A DNA stretch of 64,000 bases from Paragordius varius (taxonomy: Eukaryota; Animalia; Nematomorpha): NCBI GenBank assembly GCA_964247055.1, contig OZ176052.1, positions 11,532,001 through 11,596,000 of the forward strand, in the 5' to 3' direction. The notes beneath the pieces were generated by a model. That model had not been told where the DNA came from. It ran no database searches and saw only the letters and a program-made list of their open reading frames with translations. Made by a program: the position numbers and the translations under genes. Each line of letters starts with the position of its first letter. Position 1 is the first letter of the stretch. This document shows positions 37,698 to 51,382 of this stretch, piece by piece.

Positions 37698-40675
37698 CAC
37701 GTGGTTTAAAATAGGAAAGCTTAAAATAAAACCCATTAATTTTAACACAAATACTTATGATAATAATCTTTTACACATAATAGGAGAGACAACTGTAACT
37801 CTTGAATTAAATAAAATAAAAAAGATAACAAAGTGCTTTATTACAAAGAGACATCTTCCTCTAATATTTGGCATGGATTGGATCCAGCTATTCAATATCC
37901 CATTGCCTAGCGAATTATATATTAATAAATTATATCACACAAATGATATTTACAATAAATTTAAGTCTTTATTTGATAACAAATTGGGTTGTTGGAAAGG
38001 GGAACCCATAATGATATTTTTAGAAAACAATAGTAGGGGCCGGGTATTTCCGGCTAGAATGGTTCCCTTGGCCTTACAAGAGAAATTGAGTGAAGAGATC
38101 AAAAGACTAGTATCCTTAAAAATTATTGAATAAGTAGACCTCAAGCAGTTTAAAATTTGTTGGTCCAGTCCTATAGTAAACGTATTAAAGTCAAATAATG
38201 AATTAAGAATATGCGCAGATTTTAAAGTGTAATAAACAAATACAATAAACCTCAATATACCCACATTTGATGATTTAATTTCCAAAATTTCACATGGTAA
38301 GACGTTTTCAACATTAGATTTAAAAGATGCTCATCTTCAGATTCCAGTGCATCCGGAATCTCTAAATCTTCTCACAATATCCACACCTCTTGGGTTTTTT
38401 AAATATACTAGGCTCCCTTTTGGTCTGTCGTGCGCACCTAGTTTTTTCCAACAGATCATGGATGAGCTATTAGGAGATTGTAAGGGAACAGCGGTCTATT
38501 TAGATTATGTAATTGTTACGGGGGAAACGGATGAGGAGCATTATAGAAACCTAACATAAGTATTTGAAAGATAAGAACGAATGGGTCTTAAATTAAAAAA
38601 AGAAATAAAGCTTTTTCAACAGGAAGTAGAATATTTGAGGATTACTATATCAGAAAAAAGTATTAAACCAGCGAGCAGTAAGATTAAAGCCATTCGCGAG
38701 TGTCCAGCCCCTAAAGATAAAACAAGTCTCCGTTCGTTTTTGGGCCTTTTAAACTTTCATCCACGATTTATACCTTCTCTAAATACAATTGTTAACGAAC
38801 TCCATCAGCTAGCTGGTTTCAAAAAGAAATGGTGTTGGACCCAGGTACACCAAAATATTTTTAAAAGGGCGAAGTTATTAATAAAGAATAACAGCCGCCT
38901 CTTCCCTTTTAACCCGAGACTTTCCCTTATTCTAGAAACGGATGCATCTGGGGAGGGGTTTGGGGCCATCCTGTCGCACAGGACGTCGGAAGGTAAACGA
39001 CCCATTGTATATTTTTCAAAAAAATGTTCCCCAGCAGAGAAAAATTTATCGGTTATAGAAAAAGAGGCAAAAGCCATTGTATTGGCCCTAGGAAATGTAA
39101 AACATTTTTATATGGTATAAAATTTGAGATTAGAACAGACCATAAACCTCTTATCAAATTATTCGGGCAGCAACGTGTATTAAGCGAGCTAAACAATAGT
39201 AAATTGCTAAGATGGATTTCAAAAACATCCATTTTTGACTTCAACATAATGTACTACCCCGGAACCGAAAATCTAGCAGACTCACTATCAAGACTACCAA
39301 CTGAGATAACTGAAGAGTGTGAAATGACGAGGATATAGCGCAGGAGGTCCGGTTGCTATGGTGTCAGGAGTTAAACTTAAACAAGGAGAGGGTGCTTAAG
39401 GAAACTATGAGCGATGAGACGTGTAAACAGATTAAAGCAGCACGAAAGACTAATGATTGGTCTCATCCGGGGGTGGAGTCCTATAAACCACTGAGAAATG
39501 ATATCGAAGAATCATACGGCCTTCTATATCTAAGTGACCGCCTTGTTGTGCCTCAAAGCATGAGGGTTGATGTTCTTAACTATCTTCATAAAGGTCACCC
39601 TGGTATACAGTCCATGAAAGCGTTAGGTATGAGTGGTGTGTTTTGGCCGAAATTGAACCAGGATATCGAAAAATGGGTGAAAGGATGTTCAAGTTGTTAA
39701 AAGTCACGGTTCAACATTGCAGTAAGCCCGACTTATAAATGGAACCCGAACACCACCGCTTGGGAGCGATTGCATCTCAATATAGCGAGGCCCGTAGATA
39801 ACCTCTACTGGGTCATACTTATAGATCACTCCACCCGTTGGGTGGAAGTAGCACAGCTTAAAACAGTGAACTCGATCAGTATCTTGAAAGTTTTAGAAGG
39901 TTGGTTTGCACGATATGGCACCCCAGAGATGATCGTAACTGAAAATGCGTCGTATTTTAAGTCCGGTGATTTTGAAAGAATATTAAGTTCCTATATCAAG
40001 CATGTAACCTCTGCGCCATACCACTCTCGGACAAATGGTTTAGTGGAAAGGATCATTTAAACATTGCACTATTATATGTGTTTTGAAGTAGCAGATCCAG
40101 AACGCCGGTTAAACCAGGTACTGTGGGCTTACCGATCAGCACATCACAATGGTATAAATGAAACACCTGCACGACTATTTCTAAAACGAAATATACCGAC
40201 ACCGCTGTCCTGGATGAAAGAAAAACCAAAGGATTATATCGATGGTACCTCAGATAGTATACGTGAGTTCGTTGCAGGTGAGAAAATGTTTATAAAGAAT
40301 GAGTTAGAAGCCGGTTGGCGAGAGGGAAAAGATGTAGAGCGGACTGGATTATTGTCCTACAATATCGAAGATAGAGGGAGGGTTTTACGAAAGCATACTG
40401 ATCAATTAAGAAGGCGAAAAGAAGGTCCCGATGAAGTTAAGCTAGACGCGAAAGAATTGGAATCGGAACAACAGAATAATGATAATATCATAGCCACCCC
40501 ATTGCATGGTCCTCCTATTGATGACAATATCAATAATGATGATACCAATCCTTCCCCGGATATTTGTCAAGAATTCCACAATAATCAGCAAAGCCCCAAC
40601 GGCGATAAGATTGCAGAACCCCCAAGCCTGGAAGTACCAGTCGAGAGACGCTATCCTACCAGAAAAAGCCCCTGA
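37698..40675 (+). pseudogene. Gypsy pol (RT, RNase H, integrase) broken by stops and frameshifts
   Basis: YTRLPFGLSCAP, YLDYVI (YLDD mutated), LETDAS, IRTDHKPL, LHKGHPGI...CSSC, RYGTPEMIVTEN and SAPYHSRTNGLVER, spread over 7-8 ORF pieces. Confidence 0.92.
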
Positions 40676-40712
40676 CAGATACACAAATCACTTTTAAATT
40701 AGATAGGAGATA

Positions 40713-41041
40713 TGTTATGTTAAATAACTTAATTGTTTTTGTTAACTTAACTCAATTTATCTTATATTAGTTACTTATGAAAATATAATATTATCCTTCT
40801 CTCTTACCTTTGTGCATAATACACCTTTGTCCTTGTTACGCTAAAAATGTATATTATCTTGGTTGAGACTTTCACCTAAATAATGTAATATTAAACCTTA
40901 TGCAAATACATAATTTGGTTGCGATGCTTTCATCTAAATATTGAAATATTCAACCTTATGTAAAAATGCAACCTCGCTCTAAAACTATATATAATGGAAT
41001 ATAATTTTTGAGATAATAAATTCCTTTTCTCGCTTATTACA
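40713..41041 (+). repeat. 3' LTR (329 bp)
   Basis: Direct repeat of 36412-36739. Confidence 0.93.
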
Positions 41042-41430
41042 GTTTTATTTTATTGCAGTGCAGTAAATTAGTGCTCTGAAAGAGTAAATACCCACTAACT
41101 ATAAAGGCCATAAGAACCAGCCTGATCGTATTTATTCTGTGTATTTTAAAAAATTATGTTTTATTCAAGAGCTATATTGTCATTGTTTGCAAACAACATG
41201 TTAGGATGTTAACTATCCTGGTAACTATCTACCCATATTAAACGTCAAGTTTAAACAGAGAGCTATTTTTTAATTCATAAATAAGTTTGATTCTGATAAG
41301 TTTCATTTTTTCCATTTCTCGGAATTATTGAATGGGGTATCGTTTAAATCGAAGAATGAAACGAAACCAAAATGTTAAAATCAATATATATTGTATTGTG
41401 AGGCATAATATAATAATGCGCTCATTAAAT

Positions 41431-42409
41431 TTATTTATTATCACTATCAACAAAATGCTCATGGTCTATTACAGTTTTTGAGTGAAGTATTTTAGACTTG
41501 AGTACAGTGACGGTTTTAGGCAAGGATGGCGCATATTGACTCTTTTTAAACATGAAAAACAGAACCAACAATAGTAAAAATAATACAATAATTGTTATAG
41601 ACAATATTGCGATATTGTGTTTCTGCATTTGTCGCTTCTTCTGACTAGAGGGGGATTTCATATGGCCAACAAATTCGTCACACATTGGTTGCAACTTTTT
41701 CAACAAAGTTGATGTATCGCTTAACGGAACGTTTGACATATTTAATTTTGTGTTTGAACACGTACCAATAATTTGTTTGGCTTGCGATCTGTCTTCGGAA
41801 TCACCAAAATCGCCCTCGTCCTCCTCTTCAAGATCGGTTAAAGTGGTGGAAAAATCTTTCGAGTTATCGAATGATTTCGCAAGTTCATAAACATCACAAT
41901 CACATATTATAGGATTATCTAAAAAAATGTTTTAAATTGATTATCATTTATAATGATTAAGTGTCCACAAAAATTGTTAAATGTTAAAGTCATTCTCTGT
42001 TCTTTTGAACAAAGACAAAGCTAATTAACAAATTTTTTATATAATGTGGCAAACATATATGATATAAAATATATTTTAAAGTATAAATATATATATTAAT
42101 TCCACAATAAAATTATAAGAAACGGCATATTTTTATTATCTATGATTGGCTAGTTAGGTTTGGGCCAGTTAAAAAACCGCCTGGCTTCTCAGTTCATGCA
42201 GTCATCGTTCGACTCAATCAAATAGTGTTACAAATTCAAAATGGTATTGTGCCTTTATAAATAAAGTTAAACAAAATCAATTATGTTTGTTTTTAATTGA
42301 TAATAGCATTTTATTACCTAATCTATTTAATTTTTTCTATTAAATTGTCAAGTAGTGATAAATACGTTTGAATTTTATCCAGTCACAAGTCCTAAAATTT
42401 TCCAAGAAC

Positions 42410-42454
<45 letters not shown>

Positions 42455-45400
42455 ATTACATGTTTTCACTCGTGAGAGCAGTCATGTTATACAACCTGTC
42501 TCGCCATAAAACTCTATCTATGGCGTCCTCTGCATTAAGCTCGTATTCTGTTAGCTCTCTTTTTACTGTATCTATCCATTTTGTTTTAGGCCGCCCACGT
42601 CCTCGTTTTCCCTCAACTATATGACTTATATTATTTTTGCAATATAATTAGAATCTCTCCTTTCAATGTGCCCGAACCAACGTAGTCTATTTATTGACAT
42701 TCTTTCCACTATTGGTTTAATATCTGTACTCCCACGAACAAATCTATTTCTTATTCTGTCCTTTCTTGTTACCCAACCCATCATTCTGAGCATTTTCATT
42801 TCAGTCACGTTAAAATGTCTTTCTTCGGATTTTTTGACACCCCACGTCTGTGAATTATACATCATTGAGGGCTGGACAACTGAACTGTAAATCTTACCTT
42901 TCACTCTAACATCAATATTTCGATCGCATAACACGATCGAAATTTTCTTCCAATTTACCCAGCTGCTCTTTATTCTTAAATTAATATCATCAATCAACGA
43001 ACCATCTGCACTTAACATAGCCCCCAAATATTTGCAACTTTCTTTACCCTTCAGAACCCAACTATCATCAGCTACCATTTCATGTTGTGGACCCCCAAAA
43101 GTAATAAGTTTCGTTTTTGCTTTGTTTACTTTCAGACCGTATTTATCCAGCATAACAACCCATCTGTTTACCGTTCGCTTTAACTCATTTATTGAATCAG
43201 ACAAGATGATTATGTCATCTGCATACATTAAGTACCATCCTGAACTCACATTAACTACCTTGGCTACCTCGTACATACAAAATATAACCAATAAGGGGCT
43301 GAGTGATGAGCCTTGGTAGACTCCATGCTTTATTGAAAAGGGCTCTGATAAACCTTGTGGAGTTTTAATCCGGGAGGTGTGTGATTCGTACATTATTTGT
43401 AACAACTTACTATAACTTTCTGGCACCTTTTTACGACGGAGACTCTACCAAATAGTTTCTCTAACAATCCTGTCAAACGCCTTCTCTATGTCAATTAAAA
43501 CCCCGTGTAATTCTTTCTTTTTTTCAATGTGTTTTTCAAGCAACCTCCTAACCGCATGTATAGGATCTACTGTTGACTTTCCTGGCATGAAACCAAATTG
43601 ATTTCCTTCTATGGATATCATTTTCCTGATTCGCTTTTCAATTATTTTTTCAAAAATTTTATGGTGTGCGACATTAGTTTTATCCCTCTATAGATACTAC
43701 ATTCATTTATATCACCTTTTCCTTTAAATAAAGGCACAGTTAAACTTTCTTTCCATTCAACCGGGATTTCATAAGTTGAAACAACTTTATTAAATACACG
43801 CTCCAAAAAATTAATCCAGCGTTTCCAAGCACTTTCCAACAATTTATATTTATGTCGTCCGATCCTACAGCCTTGTTGTTTGGCATTTCTAACAAATTGG
43901 ATTCTACTTCCTTTTGTGTAATTGCTACTATTGGTCTATCAATAGCTTCAACTTTATTTGGCAAAAATATCTCGCCTATCCCTTCATCAAACTCACAAAG
44001 TACTCTTTCCATCTTTTTAATATTTCTACATTTTCGCACAACAAGCTACCATCTTTTCCTTTTATTGCAGTCGCATAACCTGGCAAATCCATTCTGCGTT
44101 TATTCCTTTGCTGCGCAACTTTATACACTTTGTTTAAACCTGGTTACTATTTAACTCATCATAAAATAAATTCATCTTTTCTTTCTTAACCTGGCCGACT
44201 AATTTTTTCAATTCCTTATTTAAACTTTTATACTTATCTCTATCATCATCATTCCTTGTATGTCTCCATTTGTCAAAAGGCTTACCTTTTTCTCGTGACA
44301 TCAATATTATTCGTTCATCGTAAAGCCAAGCCTCTCTGTATACTTGAGATTTTCCGCCTTTTAATCCACAAACTAGAGTTCCTGCCTTTTTGATTAAGTG
44401 ACTTACTTTATCCCACTCACCATTTAACCCACCATCCTCGGATAACCGTATTTCTTTTATAAAAGCCTGCTTTTTTTTTGATAATTTTTCCCACTTTATA
44501 CTTTTTACTCTCTTTGACAAAGGAAATTCGTTTAGACTTTTCATTTACAAAAAATTTACAAATAAGTAAATTTTGTTGCGAACTAACCTCTAAGTTTGGC
44601 AAGACCTTACAGTCTAATACAAGCTTCAATAACTCTCTTGGGACAAGTATAAAATCTATTTGAGATTTGTTTATGCCGCTTTTGTAAGTTACTAGATGAC
44701 TCTCTCTTTTTTCGAAAAACGTGTTCGCTATCGCCAAATTGTGAGATTGTGCAAATCTAAGCAAATTAATTCCTTCCTCGTTTCTTTCTCCGTAAGAATG
44801 TCCTCCGTGCCATATTTCAAAAGATTCTCTTTTTGAACCAAGATAAAATCCCCTTATAAAAACTTGACTCTGAGCTGAGGGAGAGCGACTAATTTTTCAA
44901 CTAGAGTCTCGTAAAATTGCTCCTTTTCCGATTTTGGTAATATTTGCGGGGCATAAATACTAAATACCGTTATGACCTCGTTACCTACCAAAATATCTAA
45001 ATTCATGATTCGGCTGTTATAGCGTCTAACCTCTTTAACCTGATTGGACAATTTGGGATTAATAATAACTGCCACTCCATTTCGTCCGTCACTTTCACCT
45101 GAGTAATATAATCGATAATTCTCTTCCAAAGTCCTTGTTCCGTTTCCGCGGTAACGAGTCTCTTGTTATGCCAAAATATCTATATGTTTAACTTTCATTA
45201 TTCTCACAATATCATTTAACTTACTTTTCAATGAACCAACATATAAACTAGCAAAACACAGGCATCCCGTTTTTCTTTGCATTCTCTTTGTATTATTGGC
45301 CACAACACCAAAACCGCGGCTGGCCAGGCCTGACCGACTATACACATCAATATTCATTTGGCAGCTTTAAACTAACAAATAAAAATAATAAAATTGAATT

Positions 45401-48164
45401 GTCGCACTAATTATGACAAATTGATAGATGTTAAATAAACCTAGGCTATAGGTAAAAACGTAAATATATTTCGCAATAAAAAATTTAAGCAAAATTTGTG
45501 TATAAAACAATATGAATCAAGGGTTCTTTTATGTGTCATAGTGAAAATTAAAATAAAATAGTGCTACAATACTTATCCAAGAATACAATATATATTTCAA
45601 GAGAATATTAATAGGCAAATTATAGGAAAAGGCCAACGGTAAGTCCTACGTCCAAAACAAAATGTGAATAGGTATATTATAATAAAATTTAAAGTATAGG
45701 ATAAGTGATAAAAGATAGAATAAATTTTGAAAATAATATTTAACAATAGGTAATTATAATAATTGGTATAAATAATGATTTTGATATATAATTAAGAATT
45801 TTCCTTTTTGAAGTTGCGTCAGATTTTTCCAAGAACATTTTTAATAATAAAAAATTATTTTTGTATAAAACGTAATTTTAAGTTGGTCCTATGACAGTTT
45901 AAATTGGCCTTAAACAATTTTTGGTCCATAATATTACAAGTTGGGCATTAACCATATCTATTGCATGTATTTATCTATTGGATCAATTTTTGATTTATTG
46001 GATAATTTAGAGCTTTTTATTCCAAATTTTTATTATCAGCAATATATTTCTTTCTAATACTATATTTACTTATTAAAGATGTTTAATTGAGATAAATTAG
46101 TCATAAAACTTGTATATTTTTAACTAAGGCATTAAAACCCAAACTAAATCCATTTATTTTTTTACTAAAAACATATTGTTATTGAATGAAGGAAGTTGAG
46201 CTTGACTGACGTGGATAATGCTAGGAAAGATGAATTACACTGATTAATTGTTCATAGTCATCGGCGAAATAAAAATGTTTAAGGATTAATTTTAAATGTT
46301 CAAGTACTAACTTGATACGCTTGATCTTTAAATGTTCCAGGACCAATAAAATCAAGGGCCGACAAGAAATGTAAGGAACATTTTGAGATGTTTAAAGATC
46401 TTATATGTTTATAGGCCAGTCTATAATATTCAAAGACCAATCTAAAACAAGGACCGACTTAAGGTGTAAATGGTTTGATTAATGTTTTGTGTAGCCGTTT
46501 ATAAACATAAAAAAATTTTAATAAGTAAATAAATTAAATATCATACCTTTTAGATGTATCATCGCTCTTTTCGGAAAATTAGATATCAATTCTGCCAAAC
46601 CTTTAACATTACTAATTAAATTGTCATTTAACATGATTATGGATAGATTAGTAAATATAACAAAATGTTCAAACGGAACACTTGTAAGCCTATTATGATT
46701 TAAAGCTATTAGTTTCAAAGAATCCTTGAAAGTTAAATTGGGATCTATGATCAATGTGTGGATCATATTGTATGACAGCGATAAATATTGTAGTTTGGAC
46801 GAAAAGTTAAGATGTGTAAAATCAACTTTTTCAATTTTATTTTTTAAAAATGACAGTTTTGTCAGGTTGGACAAGTTGTTGAGAAATGGTGGCAAATTCG
46901 TAAATTTATTTTGACTTAGAGCTAAAGTGTCCAAAGATCCAGAAAAATCTGCAAATACAGCAGGTGATATTTGCGAAAGCAAATTTTTCGTTAAATAAAG
47001 ACTTTTGATTCCATTACATCCAGCTAAGGGATTGATTTTAGTAAAAGCCATATTGTTTAGGTTATTATCAGAAAGATCTATTATTTCTAACGGGTTGTTA
47101 GGCGTCAGGTCTGTACTTTTCCGACCGTCACTGTCACAGAATGATGGGACTTGTTTTAAACGATTGTGCCTCAAGCTGACATCCTTTAATCGTCTAAAAT
47201 CTTTAAAAAAATCTGAAGTTATGGTCTCTATTTTACAATCAACCAATGTTAACACTTCAAGAGTGGTGTAATATTTGTAAAATGGAAGAATATCGGCATT
47301 TAAGCTTTTAAAGGGCATATCGTATAGCTCTAATTTGCTTAGCTTAAAATTTGTAGATGATAAAAGGCTATGGCATGTGCTACTATTTTTTTGTGACAAA
47401 ATTAAACTTTTTAATTTTGGAAGGTAATCAAGCTCTTCAATACGCTCCAATCCCATGATTTTATTTGAGTGTATGAAATCCATTGTTAAGTTAACCAAAT
47501 TTTCCATGGATTCTAGGACGGAAAAATCAAAAAATGGCATTTGCTCTAAATATATTCCCAATGCTTTGAGGTTTTTACATCGGCCAACTGCTTGAAAAAG
47601 ATTCTGATAATCTTCTTCTCTATGGAAAATAGGTTTAGAAGCAAGATCTATCAATTCTATTACGGTAAGATCATTTAATAAGGAATCTAAGGCCCTAGCT
47701 TCGAAATTATTTATGGTAGATACGCGTAAGTTTAATTCATTAATTTTGATTTGAGTAGCTATATGTTCAGGTACCAAATTAGTTAAATGTTCTATCTTAC
47801 ATCCGTACAATGTCAACGATATAGGTGTGTTGGTGAAATTTGAATTAGCTGTAAAAACTGTCAGAATGTCGTGAATGTCTCTTTCTTCCAAGTTCCCAGT
47901 AATCATTACATTATATTTATAAAATATGACATTTTCTTTGTCTTTTTTGTCCATATCATTTTGAGTCATTTTATTTTGATAGTTTTTTCCTACCCTACAA
48001 TCTGCAAATAAGTGACTAGGTAATTTTGGACAGATAGGTTTTATCGTTTTACTCTCCGCCGCCGAAATCTGAGTATTGATTAATATACCGCTATGGATAA
48101 TGAAGCCAATCCATATTGAAATATAAATGCATGATAATTGATGCCAAATATTCATTAGGGTCAT
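41431..48164 (-). CDS. LRR single-pass membrane receptor, paralog B, about 701 aa
   Basis: Exon 1 48164-46547 (1618 nt, same length as in A) and exon 2 41918-41431. Both are open with splice sites intact; about 44 aa differences from A in exon 1. The 4.6-kb intron contains an RTE LINE. Confidence 0.9.
42414..45824 (-). mobile_element. apparently full-length but inactivated RTE-clade LINE (APE endonuclease + RT) in the LRR-B intron
   Basis: 16-bp TSD TTTTCCAAGAACATTT (42398-42413, 45825-45840) and an (AAT)n 3' tail. APE motifs (QETR, GRNGVAVII, SIYAPQ, SQIDFIL) and RT motifs (QGSSLSPLL, MYADDII, YLGAML) with several stops and frameshifts. Confidence 0.95.
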
Positions 48165-48286
48165 ATATCTAAAATAGAATTATAATATAATAAGAAAAGA
48201 AAAGATAAAAATTAATAAGATACTATTTCTACCTAAGGGTATATTTTTTCGAAAAAAATATAATTTATTTTATGTACGTCATTGTA

Positions 48287-48332
48287 TAATAATAATAATA
48301 ATAATAATAATTATAATAATAATAATAATAAT
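48287..48332. repeat. (AAT)n microsatellite upstream of LRR-B
   Basis: About 15 units here versus about 3 at the homologous site in copy A (about 22711). Confidence 0.85.
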
Positions 48333-50607
48333 ATCTAAATTACGTTAGTAAAATTTGAAAGTATTTCAAAGTTAATTTAGTATGCAGGGATATTATGTCC
48401 CGAAATGTTATGTGAACTATATGAATAAATTGAAAAAAATATTATACGGCCTTATACTTGGGATAAATAATTATCATATTTTTAAATAGTCTGCGATAAA
48501 ATATTCCGAAAAAATATTAAAACTAATTTGGATAAAGTATTTTTTTATGTTTTTAAATTTTTATTTTTATGGAAATATAAAAAAATATTAATTAATACTT
48601 CATTACCTTTTGAGGTAGTTTATACAATAAAGCCATGTAAAATACAAATATAATAAAAAATATTTAAAGTATTGGGCCAGTCTCTTTAGCCTTTTAGCGC
48701 ATGCATCCATTTTTTTAAAAAAACTTAAAACTACAGGAAATCTCCATCTCAAACTTTTTGGCTGCCATTTTTTCTTGGGTTAATCGCTAATACAACAGTC
48801 AAATGAGTGTAAATTATTGTTTAAAATTTGAAAGCAGGTACATTACATTTTACCAACAATTTTTGCTATTTGTTGTTTTTGATCAGCTGTTCCATAAATC
48901 GTGATTTTGGAGCTATCTGAGACTTTACATGCTAAAAAACTGTAAAATAAGAGTTTATTATCTGATACTTGAAAGAGGGTTTGATAAATAAATTTTCAAC
49001 TTTTTAATTAGTATATTTACAAATTTAAGCTCTGGGGTATAAAACTTAGCCATATTGTTATCATGTGCAAAAAAATAAAAAGGCAATGAAGTGTTGAAAT
49101 AGCTTCGTTATTGTAGAATGAAAATGGCTTAAAAGATTGGATGTTATTTCATTATTTTTATTTTTGGATTTTTCTTACTGTTTAATTTAGCCATGTTTCA
49201 GGAAAAATAAGCTAATTACCTTATGAGGGATAGAAATCATAAAAGATTTCAAAATTTTATTTTGTCTCCAGTTCCATTGTTTTTTGGTAACTGGTTCTGT
49301 TTTCGGCCATTTTTAAAATCTTCCGAATAGCCTAATAATTTTAATAAAATATGAATAAATAGCTAAAATGTAATAAAAATTTAATGTGTGTCCATTGTTT
49401 TAATAATTTAAAAGTGTAACTAAGTTTATAATAACACTCCATTACTGTTAAGGTAGTTAGTTAGTTTTGTATCCCAGAGCGATTTGAAATTGAAATATCT
49501 AAAAAAGTATCTAAGGTATCAAGCCAAATTTAAAAATATGCTTTCTTTTGCATTTAGGAGTATTAACAATAAAATTATTTTAAAAAAGGTAAATTATAAA
49601 AAAAATCTTTATCTCAAACTTTTATGCCACCATTTTTCCCTATATTTTTTTTAATTCGCTATGCAACAGGCAAATAAATGTGTTTTATGTTTAGAAAATG
49701 TAAATAATTATTTAGCTTAAATTTCAAAATTGTAGTTTATTTACGAAATTGGGCTCCGGATTATAAAACTACCCCAAAATGTAAACTAGGACAAAAAAGT
49801 GAAAAGGTAATAAAGTTTCGAATAAATATTCTTTGCATTATGGAATAGGCTGAATCATTATGTTTTAAACTAATATGATGTAATATCAGCAAAATTAATA
49901 ATAAATTTATTGATGAATTTTCGTTAGATTCCTCTAACTTCTTCGGAACAACACAAAAATAAAATTAAAGATACAAAAAATTATGAAGTATTTTATAAAA
50001 AAAAGATGTATATCAATTTATAAAAAATTCCGTTATTGGGTTGATATGAATGATTTCTTTTTGTCGGTTTATTAATTTATCTTCATTATTTATATAGTAG
50101 CTTTCTTTCTATAATCTTTTGGTAACATTTTCTTCTTTATCTAATATCTCAACGTTATCCCAATCAATTTTGTGTCTGTACTCATGTGCATGATACACAA
50201 GTGCCGACACATTTACTTTGTGTTGTTCCGAAGAAGTTAGAGGAATCTATCGAAAATTCATTTACAAATTTATTATTAATTTTACTGATATTACATCATA
50301 TTATTCTAAAAGGTAATAAAGTGTTAAATAAAAAAATGAACAAAGCTCATTTTCTAAATAATAATGTAAAAATATATGTTTTAACCGCCGTTCCGGTTCT
50401 GCAAACGGCTTTAAAAAATGCTAATGGGTTTGGTTTTTTTCCCTGCTTTTTAATTATGCTATGAGTACATTTTGTTTTTTTTTTTGAATTTTTAAAAAAT
50501 ATTAAGAACAGATTTTAATATAATAATTAGGTAATAAAATGACGTTGGTCGTGCTTTTCCAAATATATATGAACTAATTTACCACAAAAAAAGCCTTTCA
50601 TTATTAA

Positions 50608-51338
50608 CACTGTGACACAACTTTTTCTGGACTCGATTTTTTAAATATTTTATGATTCCTTATAGTATTGTGATCAGATTTGCGCCAAAATTTTTTTACT
50701 TACCCAGCTCGTTTTCGAGATATGGGACTTTTTCCATATTTGGACATTTCCAAAATTTTCTTGTTTGTAAATATTTTTCGCTATGTAAACAAATAGTATG
50801 TGGCTTACATAAGTATTTTTACAAGAAATTACCAATTTATCTTCAAAATAAAAAAAAATTTACTCAAAATATCCAATACTTTTTGTTTTAGGGGGCAAAA
50901 ACCTCAAAAATTGGGTAATTTAACAATTTTTTACACAAATATTTTTTATCAATTTATTAAATCAAAACAAACTTTATTATATGTTCTTGGATGTTAAAAA
51001 TGTTTGTTTAAGTATAAATATCACTTTGTAATAGCTTTGTGGACTTTTATTTTTAAAAATAAATTTAATTTTTACAGCTTTTTTGTTATTTTTTTTATGA
51101 AAAAATGATTTAATTTACTCAGCTGTAAATACTAATTTCATTTTTTCATCTGAAATTTTTAAATTTTTACCATATATGATGTCAGATATGTTGATTCGTT
51201 AGCTTCATTTTTAAATATGTTAAAAAAATATGAAATGGACAGTAATGATTCTTATATAAATTTGTGATTGAATTCTGAATCGGAAAAATCGTCTGCCTTT
51301 TGGATAAGAGAAGAACACACCTTGATACCATCAAATAC

Positions 51339-51382
<44 letters not shown>

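Larger units (their letters stand above)
36412..41041 (+). mobile_element. Ty3/Gypsy LTR retrotransposon (K02A2.6/Mag-like), decayed
   Basis: TG...CA LTRs at 36412-36739 and 40713-41041, PBS-like TGGCGCGGTC after the 5' LTR, purine tract AGATAGGAGA before the 3' LTR. Domain order gag-PR-RT-RH-IN. Absent from copy A (about 18855). Confidence 0.96.
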
